Shown here: positions 17,641 through 26,001 of the stretch, piece after piece | How positions within the stretch are numbered: position 1 is the stretch's first letter | Layout of the letters: each line of letters starts with the position of its first letter | From: Desulfobacterales bacterium | GTDB lineage: Bacteria > Desulfobacterota > Desulfobacteria > Desulfobacterales > B30-G6 | Direction: 5' to 3' | Assembly (NCBI GenBank): GCA_029940035.1 | Contig: JAOZRT010000003.1 | Location: forward strand, 1 to 44,862 | Length of the DNA: 44,862 nucleotides | Notes under the pieces: model-generated | Told to the model about the DNA's origin: nothing | Seen by the model: the letters and a program-made list of their open reading frames with translations, nothing else | Databases searched by the model: none | Position numbers and translations under genes: made by a program

Positions 17641-18428
17641 TGATGACACACCTTTCATATCATAAAGTCTTTGTCTGTCTCGCCTTATGGTTTTTCTTCA
17701 CGTCCAATGCGACTGCCGGCCCGCCTGGTAGAGAATGTGTCATCATTCTGCACGGCCTGGGCCGAACAGACGATTCCATGGGAAAGATCGAAAAAAAGCT
17801 GATTAACAACGGCTACCGGGTCTGGAACGAAGAATACCCTTCAAGAGAGGCAGACATCGAGAGCCTGGCCGCGAACTTCATTCCGCCGGGCATTGGTAAA
17901 TGCAGGGAATGGAATGCCGGGGCCATTCACTTTGTCACCCACTCCATGGGGGGTATCCTGGTCAGGCAGTACCTCCAGTCTAATGTGATTCCCGAATTGG
18001 GCAACATTGTCATGCTGGCGCCTCCCAATCACGGCAGCGAGGTGGTTGACCATCTCAAGGACGCCCAAGTTTTTCAGAATTTGATGGGACCGGCCGGTCA
18101 GCAGCTTTCTACGCACAGGAACAGCAAACCCAATTCCCTGCAACCCATCCCGGGCACAATTGGTGTCATAGCCGGGTCGGTCACATCAGATCCCTGGTTT
18201 GCATGGATGTTCGACAGCCCCAACGACGGCAAAGCCTCGGTGGAGAGCGCCCGGCTCGCTGAAATGTCTGATTTTCTGGTGGTCGAGCATGGCCACACCT
18301 TCATCATGAGCCACAATGACGTCATCGAACAGGTCCTGTTCTTTCTGAAGCATGGAAAATTTAAAGCCGATCGCCATGGCGATCGGCTTTATCATCAAAA
18401 TCCCCTCACCCAAACAGACGTCAGGTGA
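17640..18428 (+). CDS. Secreted alpha/beta hydrolase (lipase/esterase)
   Basis: LHGL, nucleophile elbow THSMGG, LAPPNHGS, NDG and GHTFIM motifs, plus a signal peptide. Confidence 0.88.
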   Translation: MMTHLSYHKVFVCLALWFFFTSNATAGPPGRECVIILHGLGRTDDSMGKIEKKLINNGYRVWNEEYPSREADIESLAANFIPPGIGKCREWNAGAIHFVTHSMGGILVRQYLQSNVIPELGNIVMLAPPNHGSEVVDHLKDAQVFQNLMGPAGQQLSTHRNSKPNSLQPIPGTIGVIAGSVTSDPWFAWMFDSPNDGKASVESARLAEMSDFLVVEHGHTFIMSHNDVIEQVLFFLKHGKFKADRHGDRLYHQNPLTQTDVR

Positions 18429-18463
18429 GCAATGCATAGAATCCCAAATCTGCAGCTTTGGGG

Positions 18464-19552
18464 TTAGCCGTTTTTGCGTTCAAACTCCTTCATAAACTCA
18501 CAGAGCGCCTCGATGGCTTTCAGCGGCGTGGGGTTGTAAATCGACGCCCGGCATCCGCCCACGGACCGGTGCCCCTTCAAACCGCCCAACCCGTTGGCAA
18601 GGGCTTCCTGAACAAAGGATTGTTCCAATTCTTCCGTGGGCAGCCGGAAAGTCACGTTCATCATGGAACGGCTGCCCTCTGCTGCAGTTCCGTTATAAAA
18701 ACCGCCGGCATCTATCAGGCCGTACAGCATATCTGATTTTTGCCGATTCACTGCCTCCATTTTTTCGAGACCGCCCATGCTCTCCTCCAGCCACTTCAGC
18801 ACCAACTGAACCGTGTACACCGCAAAACAGGGGGGCGTGTTAAACATGGAATTCTTGGCTGCGAAGGTGGAATACTTCAGCATGGTGGGAATGTCTTCCG
18901 GCACCATCTTCAAAAAATCTTCCCGTATGGCTACGACGCAAACCCCGGCAGGCCCCATGTTTTTCTGGGCGCCGGCGTAGAAGAGACCGAATTTGTCCGC
19001 ATCAAAGGACCGGCTCAGAATATCCGAAGACATGTCGGCGATCAACGGAACTCCCCCGGTATCCGGAAATTCAGCCCACTGGGTGCCTTTAATGGTGTTG
19101 TTCGACGTGATATGAGCGTACACGGCACCCTCACTGAAAGCGATGTTTTCCGGAATGTAGGTAAAGTTGTCATCCTCCGAAGAGGCCGCGACATTGATGG
19201 TTTTTCCCTGAATCCGGGCCTCCTGGATCGCCTTGGTGGACCAGGTTCCGGTATTGACGTAATCTGCCTGTTGCCCATCGGCCAGAAAATTCATGGGGAT
19301 CATGCAAAACTGCATGCTGGCCCCGCCCTGAAGAAATAGCACTTGAAAGCGGTCATCCAGGCCCAGGATCCGCTTGATGCGCTCGACAGCATCATTGATC
19401 ACCTCATCAAACCACTTGGAACGGTGGCTCACTTCCGTGATGGACATTCCCGAACCTTTGAAGTCCAGAAAGGAGGCTTGTATCTCCTCCAATACGCTTA
19501 AGGGAAGGGCCGCCGGCCCTGCATTGAAGTTGTGAATTCTGTTTTCCGTCAT
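18464..19552 (-). CDS. serC: Phosphoserine aminotransferase
   Basis: NFNAGPAALP, SHRS, LQGGAS, DMSSD, AGAQKN (PLP lysine) and GHRSVGG motifs. Confidence 0.97.
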   Translation of the reverse strand: MTENRIHNFNAGPAALPLSVLEEIQASFLDFKGSGMSITEVSHRSKWFDEVINDAVERIKRILGLDDRFQVLFLQGGASMQFCMIPMNFLADGQQADYVNTGTWSTKAIQEARIQGKTINVAASSEDDNFTYIPENIAFSEGAVYAHITSNNTIKGTQWAEFPDTGGVPLIADMSSDILSRSFDADKFGLFYAGAQKNMGPAGVCVVAIREDFLKMVPEDIPTMLKYSTFAAKNSMFNTPPCFAVYTVQLVLKWLEESMGGLEKMEAVNRQKSDMLYGLIDAGGFYNGTAAEGSRSMMNVTFRLPTEELEQSFVQEALANGLGGLKGHRSVGGCRASIYNPTPLKAIEALCEFMKEFERKNG

Positions 19553-19893
19553 GTGCCTATCTCCTCATATTTTTCATCTTGGATTGCTTAGTTAAAGAAG
19601 GCTATTGTACCTTGCTTGAACATGTGTCCCTATTTGAACGATCAATGCTACAATGTCAAATAAAAATAAAATCGCCGGAGGCGATTTTGCGTGACGTGGC
19701 TGCGCCATTATATTTTTTTATCACCTTTTATTGACAAAACCACAGCAGAATTTTAGTACCAAAATCATTGGAAACAGTCTGTCACCTTTCAGAACAGTAT
19801 TTCTGCCCCATATTATGGGACATGAAACACCATCCGTACTGATCCATGTTTCTAACGTGTATGGCACCTAACTTTACATGAGGTCTATTTTTT

Positions 19894-21195
19894 ATGAAAA
19901 CATATCGATACCCTTCCCAGGCGGCCGAAAAAAAACTCTCCATCATTGAAAACCGCTCCATCGGCTTCAGAAAAAAGGATGTGACGGCCGTGGCGCGCAT
20001 ATTAGACAATGTAAAGCAGAACGGTGACGACGCGCTCCTTAGCTACACCCACCAATTCGATTCGCCGGGATTGAAAAAACCCGCCATGAAAGTTAGTGAA
20101 AAGGAAATAGCCGCAGCCCACAAACAGGTTGACCGCGCCTTTATGCGAGCATTGAATCGAGCCACCCGGCAGGTGCGGCATTTTCATTGCCAGCAACCTC
20201 CTTCCTCCTGGATAAACATCGAGCGGCCCGGCACCCTGTTGGGCCAGATCGTCAGACCGGTGGATGCGGCCGGTATCTATGTTCCCGGCGGCAAGGAAGG
20301 CAAAACACCGCTGGTCTCGACCGTTCTGATGTGTGCCATACCGGCCAACATCGCCGGCGTAAAAAGGATTTGCATGGTCACCCCGCCCATGCGCAATGGA
20401 AAAGTGGATCCACACCTTCTGGTCGCCGCAAAAAAAGCCGGGGTACACAATGTATATAAAGTCGGAAGCGCCTGGGCGGTGGCAGCCCTGGCATACGGCA
20501 CGCAAACCATTCCCAAGGTCAATGTCATCGTCGGCCCCGGCAATATTTACGTAACCCTGGCCAAGAAGCTGGTGGCCGGAGAGGTGGGCATTGACATGCT
20601 TGCCGGACCCAGCGAAATTCTCATTGTTGCCGACCGGACAGCCAACCCCGCCTACATCGCGGCTGATCTGCTTTCCCAGGCTGAGCACGATCCGCTGTCA
20701 TCCGCAGTGCTGGTGACAACATCTCAAAAGGTGGCGGCCGCGGTTTCATCCGCCCTGGACAGCCAGTTGGCCGCCCTTGCACGCCGGGAAACAGCCGCGG
20801 CATCCCTGGATCACTTTGGCGCTATCATGGTCGTCCCGGACATGGCCACGGCCATTGATTTCGCTAACCGGATCGCACCGGAGCATCTGGAGATGCAGGT
20901 CGAGGATCCGCTGAGCCACATCGCATCCATCCGCAATGCCGGGGCCGTCTTTCTTGGAGATTACACCCCCGAACCGGTGGGCGATTACATGGCCGGCCCC
21001 AACCATGTTCTACCGACAGCCGGCACCGCACGGTATGCCTCAGCCCTGTCGGTGGACCACTTCACAAAAAAATCGAGCCTCATTCAGTATTCCCGGGAGG
21101 CCTTCCAAAAGGAGGCCAGGGACATCATGTGCCTTGCCGAAGTGGAAGGGCTGGGAGCCCACGCTAATGCAGTTCGCATCCGGCTGGAGAAATAG
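19894..21195 (+). CDS. hisD: Histidinol dehydrogenase
   Basis: GIYVPGG, GPGNIYV, AGPSE, QAEH, APEHLE and GPNHVLPT motifs. Confidence 0.97.
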   Translation: MKTYRYPSQAAEKKLSIIENRSIGFRKKDVTAVARILDNVKQNGDDALLSYTHQFDSPGLKKPAMKVSEKEIAAAHKQVDRAFMRALNRATRQVRHFHCQQPPSSWINIERPGTLLGQIVRPVDAAGIYVPGGKEGKTPLVSTVLMCAIPANIAGVKRICMVTPPMRNGKVDPHLLVAAKKAGVHNVYKVGSAWAVAALAYGTQTIPKVNVIVGPGNIYVTLAKKLVAGEVGIDMLAGPSEILIVADRTANPAYIAADLLSQAEHDPLSSAVLVTTSQKVAAAVSSALDSQLAALARRETAAASLDHFGAIMVVPDMATAIDFANRIAPEHLEMQVEDPLSHIASIRNAGAVFLGDYTPEPVGDYMAGPNHVLPTAGTARYASALSVDHFTKKSSLIQYSREAFQKEARDIMCLAEVEGLGAHANAVRIRLEK

Positions 21196-21253
21196 GCTTT
21201 TCTGGTAATCAGTTCGACATAAACCGTAAAAATGCAAAGGCCAAAACCAGAGG

Positions 21254-21400
21254 TCAGAAAAAAATTTAGACAGGATTTTCAGGATTACAATGAAAAACCG
21301 TGCTGTCCGTAATTAGCGTGTAGGTCTTGTACCTTATACCGATTGCCTTATGCCCATTTATATCATGTAAATCCTGTTAATCCTTTCAGATATTTACAAC
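21254..21400 (+). mobile_element. ~147-bp MITE-like palindromic element, copy 2
   Basis: Homologous to the reverse complement of 5221-5369. Arms gacaggattttcaggatt / aatcctgttaatcc. Heptamer runs at 21248 (cagaggtcaga) and 21474-21499 (tctgatt-tctgtct-tctgttt-tctga) lie either side. Confidence 0.75.
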
Positions 21401-21500
21401 CTGAACCCGGACAACCGATACCGGGCTATTCGGCATTATACTGACAACTTTTAATCAGGACTTGACCGAAGGGTCTGATTTCTGTCTTCTGTTTTCTGAA

Positions 21501-21593
21501 CTACAAGGAAGATACCGTCCCCATATCGGATCCGTATTGGAATACCGCTGCATCCCGATCATACGCTGCACACTGATTCGTGAATGCGATCAT
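21501..21593 (-). CDS. 30-aa ORF downstream of the Trp attenuator (microprotein or remnant of a deleted gene)
   Basis: Strong AAGGAGG RBS. MIAFTNQCAAYDRDAAVFQYGSDMGTVSSL, with the stop abutting a heptamer repeat. Confidence 0.45.
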   Translation of the reverse strand: MIAFTNQCAAYDRDAAVFQYGSDMGTVSSL

Positions 21594-21662
21594 GCCTTCC
21601 TCCTTGCGTTGGGTATAGAATCCTACTCCATTATCTGTCCCTAAGAACCAGGCTTTAATTCT

Positions 21663-21701
21663 AAAAAGCAAAAGCCGTGAGGCCCCAGGCCCCACGGCTT
21701 T
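21663..21701 (-). terminator. Second intrinsic terminator of the attenuator region
   Basis: AAAGCCGUGGGGCC-UGG-GGCCUCACGGCUUU followed by UGCUUUUU. Confidence 0.8.
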
Positions 21702-21708
21702 CATGAAT

Positions 21709-21745
21709 AAAAAAACCGCGGGCCGTCAAGAGGCGGCCTGCGGTT
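21709..21745 (-). terminator. Attenuator terminator (3:4 hairpin)
   Basis: AACCGCAGGCCG-CCUCUUGA-CGGCCCGCGGUU plus a U tract, 24 nt after the leader stop. Confidence 0.82.
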
Positions 21746-21769
21746 CCAATATCCTATATCAGGGTCTTT

Positions 21770-21859
21770 TCAGACGGCGGCAGCACCTCCCCCAGTGAAG
21801 ACGCACCACCACCAGTTGCCCGAAAAAAGATCTACAATTTTATATAAGTAATTGCTCAT
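21770..21859 (-). promoter_or_regulatory. trpL: Tryptophan attenuator leader peptide (MSNYLYKIVDLFSGNWWWCVFTGGGAAAV)
   Basis: Three consecutive TGG codons (21806-21814). Mutually exclusive 1:2, 2:3 and 3:4 pairings are visible. Confidence 0.78.
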
Positions 21860-21988
21860 AATGCTCTCGTACCGGTTCTCGAATAGATTATCAAGCGGTC
21901 TATAGACCCATCCACCGATCATATTTACAACTTCCAAGTTGCAACCTTGATTTTTTTTACAGTATAAAACAATAGGCTGGATCTTGCA

Positions 21989-22085
21989 CGGGTCAGAGGC
22001 TTTCATAGGCAAGGCGTCCAGGGGTGATGTCGTAGCTCTTTACTTCGAATCCCTGGCAACACCGCCTATGGAAGCCTCTGGCTCG
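21989..22085 (+). repeat. 97-nt long hairpin (REP/MITE-like element or structured RNA)
   Basis: 22-bp outer stem cgggtcagaggctttcataggc / gcctatggaagcctctggctcg, with all three mismatches G-U compatible on the + strand. Inner stem ccaggggt / atccctgg. Confidence 0.7.
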
Positions 22086-22166
22086 CCTGAAGGGTGATAT
22101 TTGGTGATTAAAGATTGGACGATTATCCTATACGGGGTTGATAAAATCATCAAATATCATGCAAGA

Positions 22167-24119
22167 CTATAGGGCGACCATGGCGACCCTGTAGCACCGC
22201 AAACAGCGCCGAGCCTCCTCCCGGGCCTCCGGCGTCGAATAGCCCTGTTCCACTTCATCGAAGATGAACTTGCGGGTATCCGGGGGAAGCATCTCCAGAT
22301 GTTTGCGCCGGTGCTTTCCTATTTCTCCCAGGTTTTCATCCGGATCATACACCTTGACGTCCTTGAACAGCTTGCGGAAGTGATCGTCGACCGTGTACTC
22401 CAGCGGCAATCCGTTGATCTGCAGGTCAATACTTTGTGCAGCCTTGCGCCCGCCGGCACATGCCGTAATGAGCGCTCCCGGGCCAGTCTCGCAGTCACCG
22501 GCTGAAAACAGCTTCGGCCGGCTGGTCTGTTTGGTCACATCATCCACGATAAGGGTATTCCAGGCGGTTGTTTCCACACCGTCCACACTTTCCAGTAGGG
22601 AGAGGTCCACCCGCTGGCCAATGGCCGGCACAACCGTGTCGCAGTCGAATACGAATTCGGAGCCTTCGATGGGCACGGGACGTCGGCGACCGCTCTTATC
22701 CGGAGCCCCCAGTTTCATGCGGATGCACTCGAGCCCGGTCACCACGCCGTTTTCCTCTATAATCCGCACCGGTGTCGTCAAAAAATGAAACTGCACTTTT
22801 TCTTCTTCGGCATCCACGATTTCAACTTCATCGGCAGGCATTTCAGCCCTCGTCCGCCGATAAACCAGGTTGACGTCCTCCTTGTCGATCCGGAAGGCGC
22901 ACCGGACACAATCGATGGCCACGTTGCCGCCGCCGATCACCACAACGCGTTTGCCTTCCGGATAGGGATCGCGGCCCTCGTTGATATCCCGGAGGTACTG
23001 CACACCCGGGATGAACCCCTTGTACCCCTTGTCCTCGCCATCAACCCGCATGGGCGAACTGTCCTGGGCACCGATGCCGATAAAAACGGCATCGTAGTCT
23101 TCCTCGAGTTGAGACAGTTTCACATCCCTGCCCACCGCGGTATTGTAATGGATGGTGACGCCCATCGCCTGGACCTGCTCTACCTCGTTGCGCAGAATAT
23201 GGCGCGGTAGCCGGTAGTCCGGTATGCCCATGGCGGACATGCCGCCCGGCTCACCCAGACCCTCGAAAATAGTGACAGCATGGCCTTTGCGGGCCAGATG
23301 AAACGCACAGGTTACCCCGGCCGGGCCGGCACCCACAATGGCCACCTTGCCGGTTTTCCCGGACGGCTCGATCTTGTAATCAGGCCCTTTGTGCATGGCC
23401 AATTCACGGTCGGCCACGAAACGTTTGAGATATTTTATGGAAACCGCATCGTCCAGGTTTGCCCGACGGCAGTTCTCCTCGCAGGGACGGACACATACTC
23501 GGCCAACAATACCGGGAATCGGGAGCCGGCAGCGGATCACATCCAGGGACTCCTCGAACTTGCCTTCCTTGATGAACTCGACATAGCGCGGGATATCCAG
23601 ATGTATGGGGCAGGCGTCCGCGCAGGGAGCCGTGACATTGGCCTGGTAATCCCCGGCCTCCACCTGTGTACCGCCGTGGACCGCCGCCTGAAAAGCTTCC
23701 GGGAAATGGGCCAGCGCATGCATGAGTGCCACAGGGCCGGTTTTACCGATGCCGCACTTCGCCGAACTGCTGACGACTTGAGCCACGGCACCCAGGTTTT
23801 CCACGTCGGCGGCTGTCCCGTCGCCGCGGCAGATTTTGTCAAGGGTCGCGGCCATAACATTGGTGCCGCTCTGGCAGGGAATGCACTTGCCGCACGACTG
23901 GTCGCGCACGGCAGCCATATAGGCCCTACAGAGGTCCACAATATTGACATCATCGGACCGGAGGACAATGCCGTCCCACCCGATGAAGGCCTTGATGGTT
24001 GCATCCTGGTTGAACTTCTCAGGCAGAGCGATTTGCGAGTTTGTCCCGGAGCTCTGTTTTGCAGAATTGCGATTGTCGGTTATCTGGTCACCCCAGGAAC
24101 TAAACAGAATCTCATTCAT
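22167..24119 (-). CDS. FAD/NAD(P)-dependent Fe-S oxidoreductase (NuoF-type 4Fe-4S domain plus GltD/SudA-like domain; SfrB/formate dehydrogenase beta-like), 650 aa
   Basis: SCGKCIPC...C cluster, APCADACP, GRVCVRPCE, GAGPAG, GIPDYRLP, GGGNVAID and EARRCLRC motifs. Confidence 0.88.
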   Translation of the reverse strand: MNEILFSSWGDQITDNRNSAKQSSGTNSQIALPEKFNQDATIKAFIGWDGIVLRSDDVNIVDLCRAYMAAVRDQSCGKCIPCQSGTNVMAATLDKICRGDGTAADVENLGAVAQVVSSSAKCGIGKTGPVALMHALAHFPEAFQAAVHGGTQVEAGDYQANVTAPCADACPIHLDIPRYVEFIKEGKFEESLDVIRCRLPIPGIVGRVCVRPCEENCRRANLDDAVSIKYLKRFVADRELAMHKGPDYKIEPSGKTGKVAIVGAGPAGVTCAFHLARKGHAVTIFEGLGEPGGMSAMGIPDYRLPRHILRNEVEQVQAMGVTIHYNTAVGRDVKLSQLEEDYDAVFIGIGAQDSSPMRVDGEDKGYKGFIPGVQYLRDINEGRDPYPEGKRVVVIGGGNVAIDCVRCAFRIDKEDVNLVYRRTRAEMPADEVEIVDAEEEKVQFHFLTTPVRIIEENGVVTGLECIRMKLGAPDKSGRRRPVPIEGSEFVFDCDTVVPAIGQRVDLSLLESVDGVETTAWNTLIVDDVTKQTSRPKLFSAGDCETGPGALITACAGGRKAAQSIDLQINGLPLEYTVDDHFRKLFKDVKVYDPDENLGEIGKHRRKHLEMLPPDTRKFIFDEVEQGYSTPEAREEARRCLRCYRVAMVAL

Positions 24120-24230
24120 AGTGTCACCACCTTTTCTCTCCCCCTAAACATCGGGATCAAATGAGCGTTTTAAATGTTAAACCTTCAAGCTGAAAATGAA
24201 GTCCCTTTTAACATCAATCCCCAGAACCTT

Positions 24231-24277
24231 CAATTTAAATGTGCACCGCACCTAAAGTGCGGAGCACATTTAAATTG
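24231..24277. repeat. REP-like palindrome A (21-bp arms, one mismatch)
   Basis: caatttaaatgtgcaccgcac-ctaaa-gtgcggagcacatttaaattg. Confidence 0.85.
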
Positions 24278-24440
24278 TGTCAAGAATTTTGTCTTTGTCA
24301 GTTTTCATCTATTATCGCATTTGCACACATATCTCAAAAGGTTGAACATTTGGCTATAAAAAAAGAAATATGGTTAATTCCGATTTTTTAATATTTTGTA
24401 CCCAACTTATTAAAAATAACAAAGACAAAATTCTTTTTCC

Positions 24441-24489
24441 CTAATTTAAAAGTACACCGCACCCTTGGTGCGGTGTACTTTTAAATTAG
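24441..24489. repeat. REP-like palindrome B (perfect 23-bp arms) over the purH-C stop
   Basis: ctaatttaaaagtacaccgcacc-ctt-ggtgcggtgtacttttaaattag. Confidence 0.85.
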
Positions 24490-25736
24490 TGTTTGAAGCT
24501 GCGCTGCCCCGTATACACCATGGTCACATTGGCTTCATTGCAGGCCTGGATGGACTGGTAGTCGTTGGCCGATCCCCCGGGCTGCACGACACAGGATATT
24601 TTTTCGTTAAGGCCCACATCGATGCCGTCCCTGAACGGAAAAAAAGCATCACTGACCATAGCAGCGCCGGTAAGGCCGCCCCTGGATTCGGCCACCTCCC
24701 GGTCGATCTCCGCCCTGGCGCCAAGGTCCTTCATATCATTGTAAGGGGTGGTATGCCTTTCGAAACAGATGCGATCAGCCAGTTTCCGATAAGCTTTGTC
24801 CCTGGCGATTTCGGCCACCCCGACCCTGTCCTGCTCGCCGGTGCCGATGCCCACCGTGGCGAGGTCCTTGACATAGATCACCGAATTCGACGTGATGCCG
24901 GACTCCACCAGCCATCCGAACAGCATGTCGGCAACCTCTTTCTCGGTAGGTTTTCTCTCGATCGTATAGGTCTCGTTTTTATATTCGCAGGAAGCGAGCA
25001 TCAGGTCATCCTTGGTTCTGGCAGCGGGTACGAAAGACCACTGAGTGATGATACCGCCGTCAATCAGGCTCTTGAACTCCACACAGCGCTGGCCCACAAA
25101 GGTCTGCAGCCGGTTGATGTTATCGATACGGATAACCCTGAGGTTTTTTTTCTTTTCGAAAACAGCCATAACCCCTTCTTCGAAGTCCGGCGCCACCACT
25201 ACCTCGGCATACTGGCTGGTGATCGCTTCCGCCGCAGATCTGTCCACGGCCCGGTTCAGGGCAATGCACCCGCCGAAAGCCGCCACCCGGTCCGCCATGT
25301 TGGCCTTTACATACGCATCCTCCAGGGAACCGGCCTGGGCCACACCACAGGGGTTGTTGTGCTTGACAATAACCGCCGTGGGTTTGTCCACAAAATATCT
25401 CAAAATATTCAATGAATTATCCGCATCGGTCAGGTTGGTCTTGCCGGGGTGTTTGCCGGATTGCAGCAATTCTATGTCCGAGGCCAGGAACGTCCCGGGC
25501 TGGATGGTTTGTGTCTCACCCAACACAAGGTTGCCGTTCACCAACCGATACAAGGCAGCCTCCTGTCCTGGATTCTCACCATACCGCAAGCCCTTGTCCA
25601 CATCGTCAATCCGCCAGGTCACCTTTTCATAAAAAAGCGTCTGCCGGTTGTTTTCGTCTACAAAGCTGATTTCCATTTTCGGCGGAAAGTGGTCGTGGAC
25701 AATGGTGCGGTACATTTTTTTCAGGTCTTCGGCCAT
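24486..25736 (-). CDS. purH: PurH C-terminal part (AICAR transformylase domain), 416 aa
   Basis: LRYGENPGQ, VKHNNPCG, AFGG, SNSV, SDAFFPF, QPGGS and RSFKH motifs. GAGGAG RBS before MAEDLKK. Confidence 0.9.
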   Translation of the reverse strand: MAEDLKKMYRTIVHDHFPPKMEISFVDENNRQTLFYEKVTWRIDDVDKGLRYGENPGQEAALYRLVNGNLVLGETQTIQPGTFLASDIELLQSGKHPGKTNLTDADNSLNILRYFVDKPTAVIVKHNNPCGVAQAGSLEDAYVKANMADRVAAFGGCIALNRAVDRSAAEAITSQYAEVVVAPDFEEGVMAVFEKKKNLRVIRIDNINRLQTFVGQRCVEFKSLIDGGIITQWSFVPAARTKDDLMLASCEYKNETYTIERKPTEKEVADMLFGWLVESGITSNSVIYVKDLATVGIGTGEQDRVGVAEIARDKAYRKLADRICFERHTTPYNDMKDLGARAEIDREVAESRGGLTGAAMVSDAFFPFRDGIDVGLNEKISCVVQPGGSANDYQSIQACNEANVTMVYTGQRSFKH

Positions 25737-25786
25737 AATAAGTCTCCTCTTGGTTGAAGTCTCCGGCTTTCCGAAGAGTAAAAGCA

Positions 25787-25970
25787 ATCACGAAAACACG
25801 AAAACTGGAAAACACGAAATAGTGAAAATTAAAAAATGAGCCGTAGGGCACGTTAAGGCAATTCGTACTTAAGATCCCCCACATCAATCCCTGAAAAATC
25901 TAAACCTGATGATTGCTCAAAAGATATATCCAAATAATTTCGTGATTTCATACTTTCGTGCTTTCGTGAT
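25787..25970. mobile_element. 184-bp element with 34-bp inverted arms built of 8-mer (cacgaaaN) repeats
   Basis: Left arm 25787-25820 and the reverse complement of 25937-25970 match at 28 of 34 positions. Lies between the two purH halves. Confidence 0.7.
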
Positions 25971-26001
25971 GAATATATCCTTACATCCGAGGCGTTCGAT
26001 T

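Noticed and set aside
21770-22012. 80-aa ORF as listed in the track
   Set aside because: The upstream part runs through a hairpin and promoter DNA. Only the last 29 codons make sense, as the Trp leader.
25737-25787. Extended N-termini in the track (purH-C from 25787, SDR from 13542, PRODH from 6766, ftsL from 29777)
   Set aside because: Better RBS-supported or stop-overlapping starts lie downstream.
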